DNA of 64,000 nt from an uncultured Gemmatimonadales bacterium (GTDB lineage: Bacteria > Gemmatimonadota > Gemmatimonadetes > Longimicrobiales > RSA9): positions 4,768,001 to 4,832,000 of the forward strand of contig OY970192.1 of NCBI GenBank assembly GCA_963708135.1. Reading direction: 5' to 3'. Position numbers and translations under genes: made by a program. This document shows, piece by piece, positions 1 to 9,095 of this stretch. Numbering within the stretch: the stretch's first letter is position 1; every line of letters starts with the position of its first letter. The notes below the pieces were generated by a model. The model was not told where the DNA came from and ran no database searches. It was given only the letters and a program-made list of their open reading frames with translations.

Positions 1-3000
1 CTTCTGAAGGACTTCGCCAAGACCGAGGCGCGGGCCAAGCACATCTTCAACGATGATGCCGTCCTGCCGCTGCTCGGCAAGGTGACCGGGGTCCCCAAGC
101 AAGAGGTGGAGCGACTCGTGTACGGCCAGCTGCCGGCTCCGGTCGGCGGAGCGGCCGAGGCGGCGCTGACCGAGGAGATGGCTGATGCGCTGCTCGCCCA
201 CGAGGTCGCGGGCCGCGGGAACGCCTTCGCAGAACTCTTCCAGGTTCACATAGATGAGCGAGCGCTCGCCAACGAGCTGACCCGCCCCGAGTTCGGCTTC
301 AAAGCGAAGGAGGGGAAGACCGACACGTACTTCACCCCGAACTGCGAAGTGTCCGTCGTTGGGTTAGTCGAGGCTCTCCGTGCCTTCTCCGTTGCGGTCG
401 GGGGCGCTCCTGGCGCGGCCGGCGATTTCGTCGTCTACGCCGACCTAGAGCAGTGGGGCGAGCAGCTAGCGGCGCTCTATCCGCGCGAAGGTATCGAGTT
501 CGCGGCCGAGTCGCTCCACCGGATCTTCTCGAAGCCCGAGTACCGGGTCGATGGCACTCGGTTCATCGGGATGTCGTTTCGGCTCTGGCGAGAGTTCAAC
601 AAGCTCCTGGTTTCGGCGGCCGAGAGCGTTCGCTTCTTCAAGGACGGCAAGTACGAGGCCTCCCTCGACCAGTACGTCAGAGGCGTCAGCCAGACGAAAG
701 CGAAGCGCGGGACGGCGATCTGCCTGGGCCTCGCGAAGCTCCTCGACGACCACCTCAAGGACGATGACACGAAGCAGGTCTCGGGGCTCAAGGACGTCCC
801 GCACCAGGCCTTCGCGTCCACCTTCGGCTCGCCGTCGCTCGATGGGCTTCGGGTCACGCCGGACGGTCGGTGCACGATCGTGTACTGCCTTGACCCCCAG
901 GAGACCCTCGACAAGCTCCGCGCCTACATCGGCCTCGAGCGGGTCCACCCGATCCTTGTGCTGTTTCCGGCGAGCGCGGACGTAGCCTCGTTCGAGCTGC
1001 AGCTCGATGCCTCGCCGGCCCTTCGCCGGTGCGTCCTGACACGGCGCCTCCTGTCGCAGGAGGAGGAGTTCCTTCTCAAGTACTCGGGCCGGGGCTCGGC
1101 CTACAACGCCCACGAGGCACGCCTGAGTAAGGTCGCGAAGGGGCTTGAGGGTTCCTACCGCGACGAGTGGCAGGGGAAGAGCCGGGAGTGGGCGAACGGC
1201 CTCCGAAAGACCGGCTACCTGCTGGCGCCCATCTGGAGCCGCAAGACCGGCAACAACACGGCCGACTTCGCAAAGGGCTACCGCTACATGCTGGCGAAGG
1301 ACTGCTCGCTCGATGCGGCGGTCAACACGGCAGGCGGACCGCTCAACAACGTGGAGTTCGAGAACTGCCGGCAGGCGGCGAAGAAGAACATCGATGCGCC
1401 GGCCGCGTGGAAGTACGGCGACCTCCTCGGCGTGTTGACGACCGATGGTAGCCTGCTGCCGAAGGTGCCCCGGTGCTTCTTCGCGCTCCTCCAGGAGCTC
1501 AAGACGCAGTCGGCCGTGAGCAAGCTCGCCAACGGCTTCTTCTTCGCGGTGCCCGACAGCGAGATGAAGGCGCCGCAGCAGCTCGAGCAGATCCTCGAGG
1601 TACTCATCGGCATCGGGCTCATCCGCAAGAAGAACGACCTCTACAAGGCCGTCGACCGGACGATGCTCGAGAGCCGGCGTCAGTCGGCCTCGACCTGGCT
1701 CGAGGGAGAGTGCAAGGACTCGATCAAGAAGCTCCATGACCTGTTCCCCACCCAGGCCAGCATTCTCCTGAGCAACAACTACCCCACCGCCAAGCAGCAG
1801 CTGGTGACGGCGGAGAAGCAGATCCAGCAGGTGAGCTCGGATCACCTGACCGCGGACATCGACAGCCTGACGGAGGACTCGCTGAAGACGGTCGTCGCTC
1901 AGATCCTCGACATCGAGGAGCGCATCCTCGGGGTGTGCCCGCTCGAGATCGGCGAGACGACGTTCGACTTCGACTGCTCGCCGGCGCGAATCCTGTCGTA
2001 CGAGAACCGGTACTCGAGCCTCTCGCTGTGGGAGCGCGTCGCCTTCCTCGCGTGGCTGAAGAAGACGTTCCTCGAGACGCGGGACGAGATGATCGGCGAG
2101 ATCGATGATTTGCTCGGCGAGGCCGCCACACTCGATGAGGCCGAGGGCCACCCGTTCCCGGTCGCCCCAGTTACGCTGCCGCTGAAGGCCATCAAGTCCG
2201 AGCTCGAGAACGCCGTGAAGGGGCCTGCCGCGGCAGGCACCCAGACACGCATGGCCACGATCCCTGTGGCGACGTACACGCTCATGATCGACCAGTACCT
2301 GGTCAACTCGCAGTACGAGCACGCGTGGAAGCGCATGGACGCGCTGAAAGACCTCATCAGCAAGGAGAGGCCCGGTAGCTTCTTCGCACGGTTCAAGAAG
2401 CTCCATGAGCAGTGGTCGAAGGCGGTCAAGGACTTCAAGGCCGCCGCGTCTGCGTGGCAATCGCTGGCCGACTTCACGGCCGACGCTCCGCAGTCGGTGC
2501 AGGGCTCGCTGAACCCGCTCAAGCTCGAGGTTCAGAAGTTCCGCGGACTTGTTGAGGGGGGCCTGAAACAGCAGGTGCAGTCGCTGATCGACCAGGTGGC
2601 GGAGACCGAGCTCTTGAAGAGCTTGGAGACCGAGGTCGTGGCGACCGCGCAAGCGGTCCAGGGGCTGCCGCAGCAAGTCACCGAGAAGCTCGAGGAGTTC
2701 AAGTCGGGGCTCCGGCAGGTGATCCGGCAGAAGGAACTGCGAGCGCTCAACCGAGTCCTGAAGTCGAACGGGAAGCCGGCCAAGGCGGAGCCGACGCCGG
2801 CCGCGACCTTCGGCACCACCAAATCGCGCTACGAGGCGTTCAACGGCCAGGTCTCGCAGGAGGGGGCAGGCTTCTTCGAGGGCGCGGGCAAGGTCATTCA
2901 CTTCGGTTTGTGGGTCAACATCTCCGGCGACCTGGAGGCCGACTCCTACGACGAAGACCAGCATCCAGACCACGCCGACGCGATTCGCGAGCTCAAGGAG

Positions 3001-3036
3001 ATGAAGCTCATCCGCTCGAAGCTGGAGCTCCGATGA
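1..3036 (+). CDS. Large hypothetical protein (>1000 aa, 5'-truncated by the window), first visible gene of a putative defence operon
   Basis: Frame is open from position 1 (LLKDFAKTEARAK...). Strong GC3 codon bias and a helical/coiled-coil-like C-terminal half. Its stop overlaps the next ATG (ATGA 3033-3036). No catalytic motif recognised in the visible part. Confidence 0.85.
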   Translation, partial: LLKDFAKTEARAKHIFNDDAVLPLLGKVTGVPKQEVERLVYGQLPAPVGGAAEAALTEEMADALLAHEVAGRGNAFAELFQVHIDERALANELTRPEFGFKAKEGKTDTYFTPNCEVSVVGLVEALRAFSVAVGGAPGAAGDFVVYADLEQWGEQLAALYPREGIEFAAESLHRIFSKPEYRVDGTRFIGMSFRLWREFNKLLVSAAESVRFFKDGKYEASLDQYVRGVSQTKAKRGTAICLGLAKLLDDHLKDDDTKQVSGLKDVPHQAFASTFGSPSLDGLRVTPDGRCTIVYCLDPQETLDKLRAYIGLERVHPILVLFPASADVASFELQLDASPALRRCVLTRRLLSQEEEFLLKYSGRGSAYNAHEARLSKVAKGLEGSYRDEWQGKSREWANGLRKTGYLLAPIWSRKTGNNTADFAKGYRYMLAKDCSLDAAVNTAGGPLNNVEFENCRQAAKKNIDAPAAWKYGDLLGVLTTDGSLLPKVPRCFFALLQELKTQSAVSKLANGFFFAVPDSEMKAPQQLEQILEVLIGIGLIRKKNDLYKAVDRTMLESRRQSASTWLEGECKDSIKKLHDLFPTQASILLSNNYPTAKQQLVTAEKQIQQVSSDHLTADIDSLTEDSLKTVVAQILDIEERILGVCPLEIGETTFDFDCSPARILSYENRYSSLSLWERVAFLAWLKKTFLETRDEMIGEIDDLLGEAATLDEAEGHPFPVAPVTLPLKAIKSELENAVKGPAAAGTQTRMATIPVATYTLMIDQYLVNSQYEHAWKRMDALKDLISKERPGSFFARFKKLHEQWSKAVKDFKAAASAWQSLADFTADAPQSVQGSLNPLKLEVQKFRGLVEGGLKQQVQSLIDQVAETELLKSLETEVVATAQAVQGLPQQVTEKLEEFKSGLRQVIRQKELRALNRVLKSNGKPAKAEPTPAATFGTTKSRYEAFNGQVSQEGAGFFEGAGKVIHFGLWVNISGDLEADSYDEDQHPDHADAIRELKEMKLIRSKLELR

Positions 3037-3941
3037 AAGCGCGCATCATTGAAGCACAAACTGACCTGTTCGAGGTCGGCGTCCTGTCGCAGACGGCCGA
3101 GGTCGAGAGCATTTCGATGGACCGGATCCTGGCTGATCCGTCGGGGCCTCCGCTCGTCGTTGTTGGTGGACTGCTGGGGGCCGAGCGCCTCGCCGACATG
3201 CGTAAGCTGTCGTCCGCGCTCGCACGGGCGGGGGTCGCGGTCATCGTCGTGCCGCCGTTCACGGATCTGGATGTCGGCCGCTACTTCGAGACGCCGGTCC
3301 AGCTGGGAGTCCGACGTCGTACCGCGGAGCCGGTTGCCCGCGTCAACGAGGGAGTGCTCGAGGAGGTGCTCGGCGGAAGGGTGAAGGTCCGCTCAGACCA
3401 CTTCGTCGACACGGCTCTCGGCGCAGGCGTGCTCGCCGTGGATGCCCAGGGCAAACCCGTGCTCATCCGGTACCAGGCGACCAACACGGCCGGGCCGGTG
3501 TTCTTCTCCGCACTCCAGTTGCTCACCTACACGGCGCTGACCGACGAGGCGCATCGCCAGGCACTCCTCGGCCACCTCTTGGCGTGGACGCCGACCGTCG
3601 CGACGGAGGCCCTGGAGGCCGCCCGGCAGCCGTCGAGCCCGCCGAGGGCCGAGGCGGTGGGCGAAGGGGTGCTCGTCCTCGTGGCGCTTCTTCTCGCGGC
3701 CGGGGGCGGGCAGGCGGCGGAGCAGCTGCGGTCTCGAGCCGGGACTCTCCTTGGCGCGGACCTCAGCGCTACTGACGCCGCACGCGCCGTGGAGGAGCTC
3801 GCGCGTCGGGGCCTGCTGGCCGCCGATGCACCGGCACCGAGCGATCGCGGGGCCCTCGTCCGGTTTCTCGAGCAGCGCGGGATGCACCCGTACCTGCGTG
3901 AGCTTGGGCCCCTGCTCGCTTCCGAGGGGACGACCACATGA
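3033..3941 (+). CDS. Hypothetical protein, possible C-terminal winged helix
   Basis: ATGA overlaps at both ends. Starts MKARIIEAQ. C-terminal DAARAVEELARRGLL resembles a wHTH recognition helix and wing. Confidence 0.75.
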   Translation: MKARIIEAQTDLFEVGVLSQTAEVESISMDRILADPSGPPLVVVGGLLGAERLADMRKLSSALARAGVAVIVVPPFTDLDVGRYFETPVQLGVRRRTAEPVARVNEGVLEEVLGGRVKVRSDHFVDTALGAGVLAVDAQGKPVLIRYQATNTAGPVFFSALQLLTYTALTDEAHRQALLGHLLAWTPTVATEALEAARQPSSPPRAEAVGEGVLVLVALLLAAGGGQAAEQLRSRAGTLLGADLSATDAARAVEELARRGLLAADAPAPSDRGALVRFLEQRGMHPYLRELGPLLASEGTTT

Positions 3942-5077
3942 AGAGCATCGAGCTGGCTCGCGCACTCGCCGCGGCGATGAGCCTGCGGCTTCCCGGCACC
4001 GTCGGGAAGATCGCAAACAAGATGCGGTACATCGACTCGAAGGCCCCGCTCTTCGTGCGTGGCGGCATCATCCGCAGCATCGAGTCGCGCCGGTTCGATC
4101 GCGTCTACGCCGTTGGCGTCTCCTCCAAGAGCCGGAGCATGCCCGCCTTGGGCGGCATCCTCTATGGAGCCGCGGCGCTCCGCCACGACATCGTCGTGAC
4201 CGGCAACCAGGTGACGGAGGGTTTCCAGGACAGCCGGGTCAACATCAACGACATGAACTTTCTCGACGCCTCCGAGCGACTGGTATGGAAGGAGTACATC
4301 CTCGTCTACCAGCTCCTGACGGACCTGCTGGATTCGGACACAAAGCCGGATGTCATCTTCGTCAACATCCCGCTCCTGGTCCCACGTGCCGAGCAGAGCC
4401 TCAGCCTCGCCGAGCCCGACGTCGAGGGGGAGTGGCACGAGCTCATCGAGGTCATGGAGGCGTTCTGGCAGCGCTTCCTGCCGTCGATCTACCCGAACGA
4501 CCCGAACGGGCCGTTCCTCGTCTCGCTCCAGTCGCGCCGCGACCTCAACGCCGCTGTCTTGAACGCGTTGCGCGAGAAGGGCCTGGCGGGTTCGCCCGAG
4601 GCGATCAGCAGTGAGGCGCTGGACCTCGTGCAGAGCGAGTGGGTGCAGCTGCGGCGGGTCGGCATTCTTCGCTTTCTACGTGGTGCCCTACGTGCAGGGC
4701 ATCGGACCGCCGCCTACTACTACGAGGCGCTGGGGCGCCAGATGAAGCGCTTCGAGCCTCGAACGGTCGCTAACCACGGCCTTATCGGCTTCCACATTCA
4801 AGTGGGCCTCCGAACTCCGATCTGGAAGATCGAGACCGTCGGTGCTCCCGGGCAATGGGATTCCGAGGCACTCGACAAGCTGGCCAGCGTCACCGCCTTC
4901 CTGACCCTGAACGACAACCCGCGGATGAAACCGCTGCCGCTCTGGTATGCCGAAGAGCTCGTGAAGATGCCACGCGAGGTCCTGTCCAACTACCTGCGTT
5001 CAACCTTGGGCATGCTCAAGGACCGCGCCGTTGATCGAGCCTGGCTCGAGGGCGTTAACACCATGGATGAGGAGTGA
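3938..5077 (+). CDS. NurA-like protein, apparently catalytically degenerate
   Basis: Lies directly upstream of HerA and is about 380 aa. NurA-like layout: VYAVGVSS (canonical AVDGS), DVIFVNIPLL (canonical lDGsL) and C-terminal PLPLWYAEELVK (canonical YPxPLxxAH). Confidence 0.7.
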   Translation: MKSIELARALAAAMSLRLPGTVGKIANKMRYIDSKAPLFVRGGIIRSIESRRFDRVYAVGVSSKSRSMPALGGILYGAAALRHDIVVTGNQVTEGFQDSRVNINDMNFLDASERLVWKEYILVYQLLTDLLDSDTKPDVIFVNIPLLVPRAEQSLSLAEPDVEGEWHELIEVMEAFWQRFLPSIYPNDPNGPFLVSLQSRRDLNAAVLNALREKGLAGSPEAISSEALDLVQSEWVQLRRVGILRFLRGALRAGHRTAAYYYEALGRQMKRFEPRTVANHGLIGFHIQVGLRTPIWKIETVGAPGQWDSEALDKLASVTAFLTLNDNPRMKPLPLWYAEELVKMPREVLSNYLRSTLGMLKDRAVDRAWLEGVNTMDEE

Positions 5078-6774
5078 GCATGTTCGAAGATGACGACAAC
5101 TACATTGGCAAGCTGGTTGGCAACACCGGAGAGCCCAACAAGCTGACAATCGCGCTACGTACGAGCTTTTCGGCACGGCGCGGCGAGTTCGTGCGGGTGG
5201 CCCACCAGGAGCGGGAGTCTGAGTCGCAGATCGACGTGCTGGGCCGCGTCGTGGGGCTCTCGCGGTCGAACATCCTGTTCAGTCCGGCGCTCGGCGAAGG
5301 GATCAGTGAAGTCGAGCTGCTCCCACAGTCGCGGCTCTCGGGCGAGACCGTCTACGCGACGCTCGAACTGGTCGGCTACAAGGACCCGTATACCGGTGAG
5401 ATCCGTATCCCACGACGTCCCCTGACGCCAGGGACCAAGGTCTACGGGGTCGACTACGCCTTCCTCACGAGCTTCTACGAATTCTCAGAGGATACCAGCA
5501 TCCACCTGGGGAACCTCGTCGGCTACGAGAAAGGCGAGAACATCGTCCCGGTCTTCCTCGACGCTAACACGCTGGTGACTGAGCACCTCGCGGTGCTTGC
5601 AATGACGGGCTCGGGAAAGAGCTACACGGTCGGGCGCGTGATCGAGCGGCTCGTCTCGCAGCTCAATGCGTCAGTCGTGGTCTTCGACCCGCATGGCGAG
5701 TACGGCAAGGCCTTCCGAACCGGCAAGCTCAATTTCAACGACCGGCTCGACAAAGTGGAGGATCCTCGGGATCGGCAGAAGCTGGCGGAGATTCAGGATT
5801 CGCTCCAGCAGTTGCAGGATCGCGGGGGCGGCATCAAGGTCTACACGCCGCAGCTGCGTAGCTTCGACGAGAAGTACGCGGGGAAGAACACGCGTCTGGC
5901 GCTTCAGCTCGACCACTTCGACGTGGACGAGTTCTCGGGTGTGCTTCCTGGCCTGACGGAGCCGCAGCAGCGCGTGCTCGACGTCGCGCTGCGCTACTGG
6001 AAGGAGAACGTCGACGAGCCTCGCGACATTCAGGAGCTCTTCGGAGTCCTCGACGATCTCGATCGCCTGAAGGAGTGGGTGACGGAGTCCGGCAGCCAGG
6101 GCGAGGCGAACGCGCTGCGCGGAGGAAGTGCCAACATCGCCGCCATCCGTCTTCGGCGCATGATCAACGAAGCCCAGAGCTTCTACTCGCGCGCGGCTGG
6201 TGACCCCTTCGACGTGTACGAGATGGTCGGCGACGATAACGCCGAGGCCGGACGGCTCTGCATCATCGACCTCCAAGGGCTCTCGAACACGGCAAGGCAG
6301 GTCATCGTCGCGCTCATCTCGAGCGAGCTCATGAAGGCGGCGGCCGACAAGCAGCGTCCGACCCGACCGGTGTTCATCGTCTACGAGGAAGGGCACAACT
6401 TTGCGCCCGCCGGCGAAGCGGCGATCTCGAAGAACATCATCAAGCGCATCGCGGCCGAGGGCCGAAAGTTCGGCGTCGGATTCGCGATCGTCAGCCAGCG
6501 GCCGAGCAAGCTCGACTCCGACGTGACGAGTCAGTGCAACACCATCGTCGCGATGCGCATCAAGAACCCCGACGACCAGCGGTTCATCCAGAAAACCTCC
6601 GACTACTTCTCTGCAGCGGATCTGGCGGAGCTTCCGACGCTATCGACCGGCGAGGCACTGATCTGCGGACGCGCGATCATCGCGCCGCTCGTCGTGAAGG
6701 TCGGCACCAAGGCGCTCATTCACGGCGGTGAGTCACCACGCGTGTGCGAGCGGTGGGGGCGGGCGAGCGGATGA
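5074..6774 (+). CDS. herA: HerA/FtsK-superfamily ATPase (HAS barrel + DUF87)
   Basis: N-terminal YIGKLVG HAS-barrel region, Walker A AMTGSGKS, VFDPHGEY, Walker B FIVYEEGHNFAP, and EGRKFGVGFAIVSQRPSKLD. Start is GTG 5074 or ATG 5080. Confidence 0.9.
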   Translation: MSMFEDDDNYIGKLVGNTGEPNKLTIALRTSFSARRGEFVRVAHQERESESQIDVLGRVVGLSRSNILFSPALGEGISEVELLPQSRLSGETVYATLELVGYKDPYTGEIRIPRRPLTPGTKVYGVDYAFLTSFYEFSEDTSIHLGNLVGYEKGENIVPVFLDANTLVTEHLAVLAMTGSGKSYTVGRVIERLVSQLNASVVVFDPHGEYGKAFRTGKLNFNDRLDKVEDPRDRQKLAEIQDSLQQLQDRGGGIKVYTPQLRSFDEKYAGKNTRLALQLDHFDVDEFSGVLPGLTEPQQRVLDVALRYWKENVDEPRDIQELFGVLDDLDRLKEWVTESGSQGEANALRGGSANIAAIRLRRMINEAQSFYSRAAGDPFDVYEMVGDDNAEAGRLCIIDLQGLSNTARQVIVALISSELMKAAADKQRPTRPVFIVYEEGHNFAPAGEAAISKNIIKRIAAEGRKFGVGFAIVSQRPSKLDSDVTSQCNTIVAMRIKNPDDQRFIQKTSDYFSAADLAELPTLSTGEALICGRAIIAPLVVKVGTKALIHGGESPRVCERWGRASG

Positions 6775-7397
6775 TGCGCGGCCGCTCGACATCACCGTCG
6801 GACTTGGTGTTCGGCGGGATCACCAACCGCGACCTGATGGTCGAGCATTTCCCGATGCTGCTGTCTTCGGGGATTCCGGACATGGGGCTTACGGTTCACT
6901 CACACTTCCTCACGTTGCTGGCGAGCGCGGGGCAGTTGCAGGGCTACTCTGCCGTGGCGGAGTGCCCAATCTGTTGGACGCGCGACAATGGTCTTGGAGA
7001 CGTCCGCGTGGACTCGGTGTGGTTCGAGAAGCAATCGGGCGAAGCCTCGCTCGCGTTTGAATTCGAACGGTTCGAGCGCGGCGACAAAGGGAAGCTGCGG
7101 GGCAAGGTCGAGAACCTTGCAGTCGCGTCGACCGCGGCCCCGAGTCTGAAGCTGTGTGTCCTGATCTACTGGGTGCGCAGCGGCTCGGCTCCGCGGAGCA
7201 TGGACGCGATCATCGCGAGCTACCGCGACGGCTTCCGGCGACGTGGCATTGTTGTGGCCCCGGCGCGCACGCCGTTGATGATCATCAAGTGCGTGATGCG
7301 CCCGGTACCCAATTCCGACCGGCTGGTGTTCGGCGAGTTCTTGCGCGACGAGCGCAACGAGAGGCTTGCGCTGGGCAGGGCAGAGCCGTGGCGCTGA
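6771..7397 (+). CDS. Small putative PD-(D/E)XK-like nuclease-fold protein
   Basis: ATGA overlap with the herA stop. Pattern AECPI...RVDSVWF...LAFEFE resembles the E...D...ExE restriction-endonuclease-like core. Confidence 0.6.
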   Translation: MMRGRSTSPSDLVFGGITNRDLMVEHFPMLLSSGIPDMGLTVHSHFLTLLASAGQLQGYSAVAECPICWTRDNGLGDVRVDSVWFEKQSGEASLAFEFERFERGDKGKLRGKVENLAVASTAAPSLKLCVLIYWVRSGSAPRSMDAIIASYRDGFRRRGIVVAPARTPLMIIKCVMRPVPNSDRLVFGEFLRDERNERLALGRAEPWR

Positions 7398-8968
7398 TCC
7401 TATTCCGTGGCAAACCCGGCGAGGAGCTGGGCGATCGGTTTCGCTTGCTGGCCGAGCTCGGCAAAGGGAGCTTCGGCGAGGTGTGGCAGGCACGTAGACT
7501 GAAGGATGGTGCCACGGTCGCGATCAAGATCCCGAAGGACCAGGAGAAGGGCGAGGAGGTGCTTCGCAAGGAGTCGGACATCATCAGGGACATTCACCAT
7601 CCGAACATCGTTCGCGTCCAAGGCTTCCACAACATCAGCGAGCTTTTCGTGATAGAGATGGAGTTCGTCAATGGCTATGACTTGGCGAAGGTCCTCGATA
7701 GCGTCAGTACCCGGGCGCCGCTCACCTTCGAACAAATGCTCGAATGGACGCTGCAGATTCTCGACGGTTTGGCTGCCGTCCACGCCGCGAACATATCGCA
7801 CAACGATCTGAAGCCGCAGAACATCCTCGTCGATAAGGCGTCCGGGGTAGCGAAGATCACTGATTTCGGATTGAGCCGCCGGCTCGAGGATGTCTGGGTG
7901 TGGACCAAGCGCCACGGCACGGAGGCGTACATGGCCCCTGAGGTCGCTCTCGAGGGGAAGCGCGCTCGGGACGTGACCGACATCTACTCGATCGGCGTCC
8001 TACTCTACGAGATGGCCACGGGACGGCTGCCGTATTCTACCCCGCATCAACTGCTCACCGGGGTGCAGATCGCAAAGCCTCGTGAGGTCAACCGCGATGT
8101 GCCCGCCGACCTGGAGGACGTGATCCTTCGTGCGATGGCGCGGCGGCCCGAGAGCCGTTTTCAGACCTGCGGATCGATGCGCGCCGCCGTGCAAACATGC
8201 CTTGTCCGGCTGCGCGCCGACGCGGCAACGGCAGCCATGCCGGCTCGCTCGGAGCCCAGCCAGCTCGGCTTCCGGCCGCCCTCGTCCAGCCCGCTTTACT
8301 ACCTCGAGCTTGCTAAGCAACGACTGGCCGCGGGCGATGCTGAGGGCGCCCTGGGGGCGGCGGAGGCGGCTGTGGATCGAAGCGACGGCCATCCGCAGTA
8401 CCTGCGAATGCTCGGCGGCATCTGCTTACGTTTGGGTTACGACCGCAAAGCAGCCGAAGCATACGAGCAGCTGCTCGCCGCCTTCGATCGGGGCTACCCG
8501 GTGGAAGGACATCTACGAAGGGACGTGTTCGAGCGACTTGGTCAGCTGTACATCAACCTTCAGCGGTACGGAGAAGCCGTAGCGATCTACGAGCGCCTCG
8601 TAGACGCCCTTGACCGGCCATTCTCCCGCTTCCGACTGGCTGTCGCTGTGGGTCTCGATGGCGACTATGGGCGCGCGATTCAGTTGCTCGAATCCGTTCG
8701 AGCAGAGCGGCCAGACGCCGTCGTCGTCTACTCCAAGCTCGGGTGGGCCCACGCGCTCAACGGGAACGATCGTGTCGCGCTCAGCTTCTACAACCAGGCC
8801 CTGGCCCGGGACGCCTTTGACCTGTTCAGCCTCTTCGAGCTCGGGAAGTACTACTACATGCTTGGTAGCCGCCGACGCGCTCGGGAGTACTTCGAGCGGG
8901 TCATGGACGCAGACAAGCAGGGGGGCTACGCCGATCGCGTGCGTGAGCTCACTAACTCCAGTGCGTGA
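7388..8968 (+). CDS. Ser/Thr protein kinase with C-terminal TPR repeats
   Basis: LGKGSFGEV, VAIK, HNDLKPQNIL, DFG and GTEAYMAPE motifs, followed by TPR-like helical repeats. GTG 7388 overlaps the previous gene. No TM segment seen. Confidence 0.9.
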   Translation: MALILFRGKPGEELGDRFRLLAELGKGSFGEVWQARRLKDGATVAIKIPKDQEKGEEVLRKESDIIRDIHHPNIVRVQGFHNISELFVIEMEFVNGYDLAKVLDSVSTRAPLTFEQMLEWTLQILDGLAAVHAANISHNDLKPQNILVDKASGVAKITDFGLSRRLEDVWVWTKRHGTEAYMAPEVALEGKRARDVTDIYSIGVLLYEMATGRLPYSTPHQLLTGVQIAKPREVNRDVPADLEDVILRAMARRPESRFQTCGSMRAAVQTCLVRLRADAATAAMPARSEPSQLGFRPPSSSPLYYLELAKQRLAAGDAEGALGAAEAAVDRSDGHPQYLRMLGGICLRLGYDRKAAEAYEQLLAAFDRGYPVEGHLRRDVFERLGQLYINLQRYGEAVAIYERLVDALDRPFSRFRLAVAVGLDGDYGRAIQLLESVRAERPDAVVVYSKLGWAHALNGNDRVALSFYNQALARDAFDLFSLFELGKYYYMLGSRRRAREYFERVMDADKQGGYADRVRELTNSSA

Positions 8969-9095
8969 GCCGTCACACGGCGCCCACCTGCAGACGAGTC
9001 ACAAGCAACACTCACACGGAAGGCCGGCACGCCGAAACTCTCTTGTCGTAGCCAGCCGGCCAGCGGCTCGTGAAAGCCGCCGGCCGGCCGTCAAT

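Noticed and set aside
466..2973. Long antisense ORFs (also 22961-25162, 36684-39518, 39449-42277, 52377-55895)
   Set aside because: Shadow ORFs typical of high-GC DNA, overlapping well-supported genes and lacking motifs.
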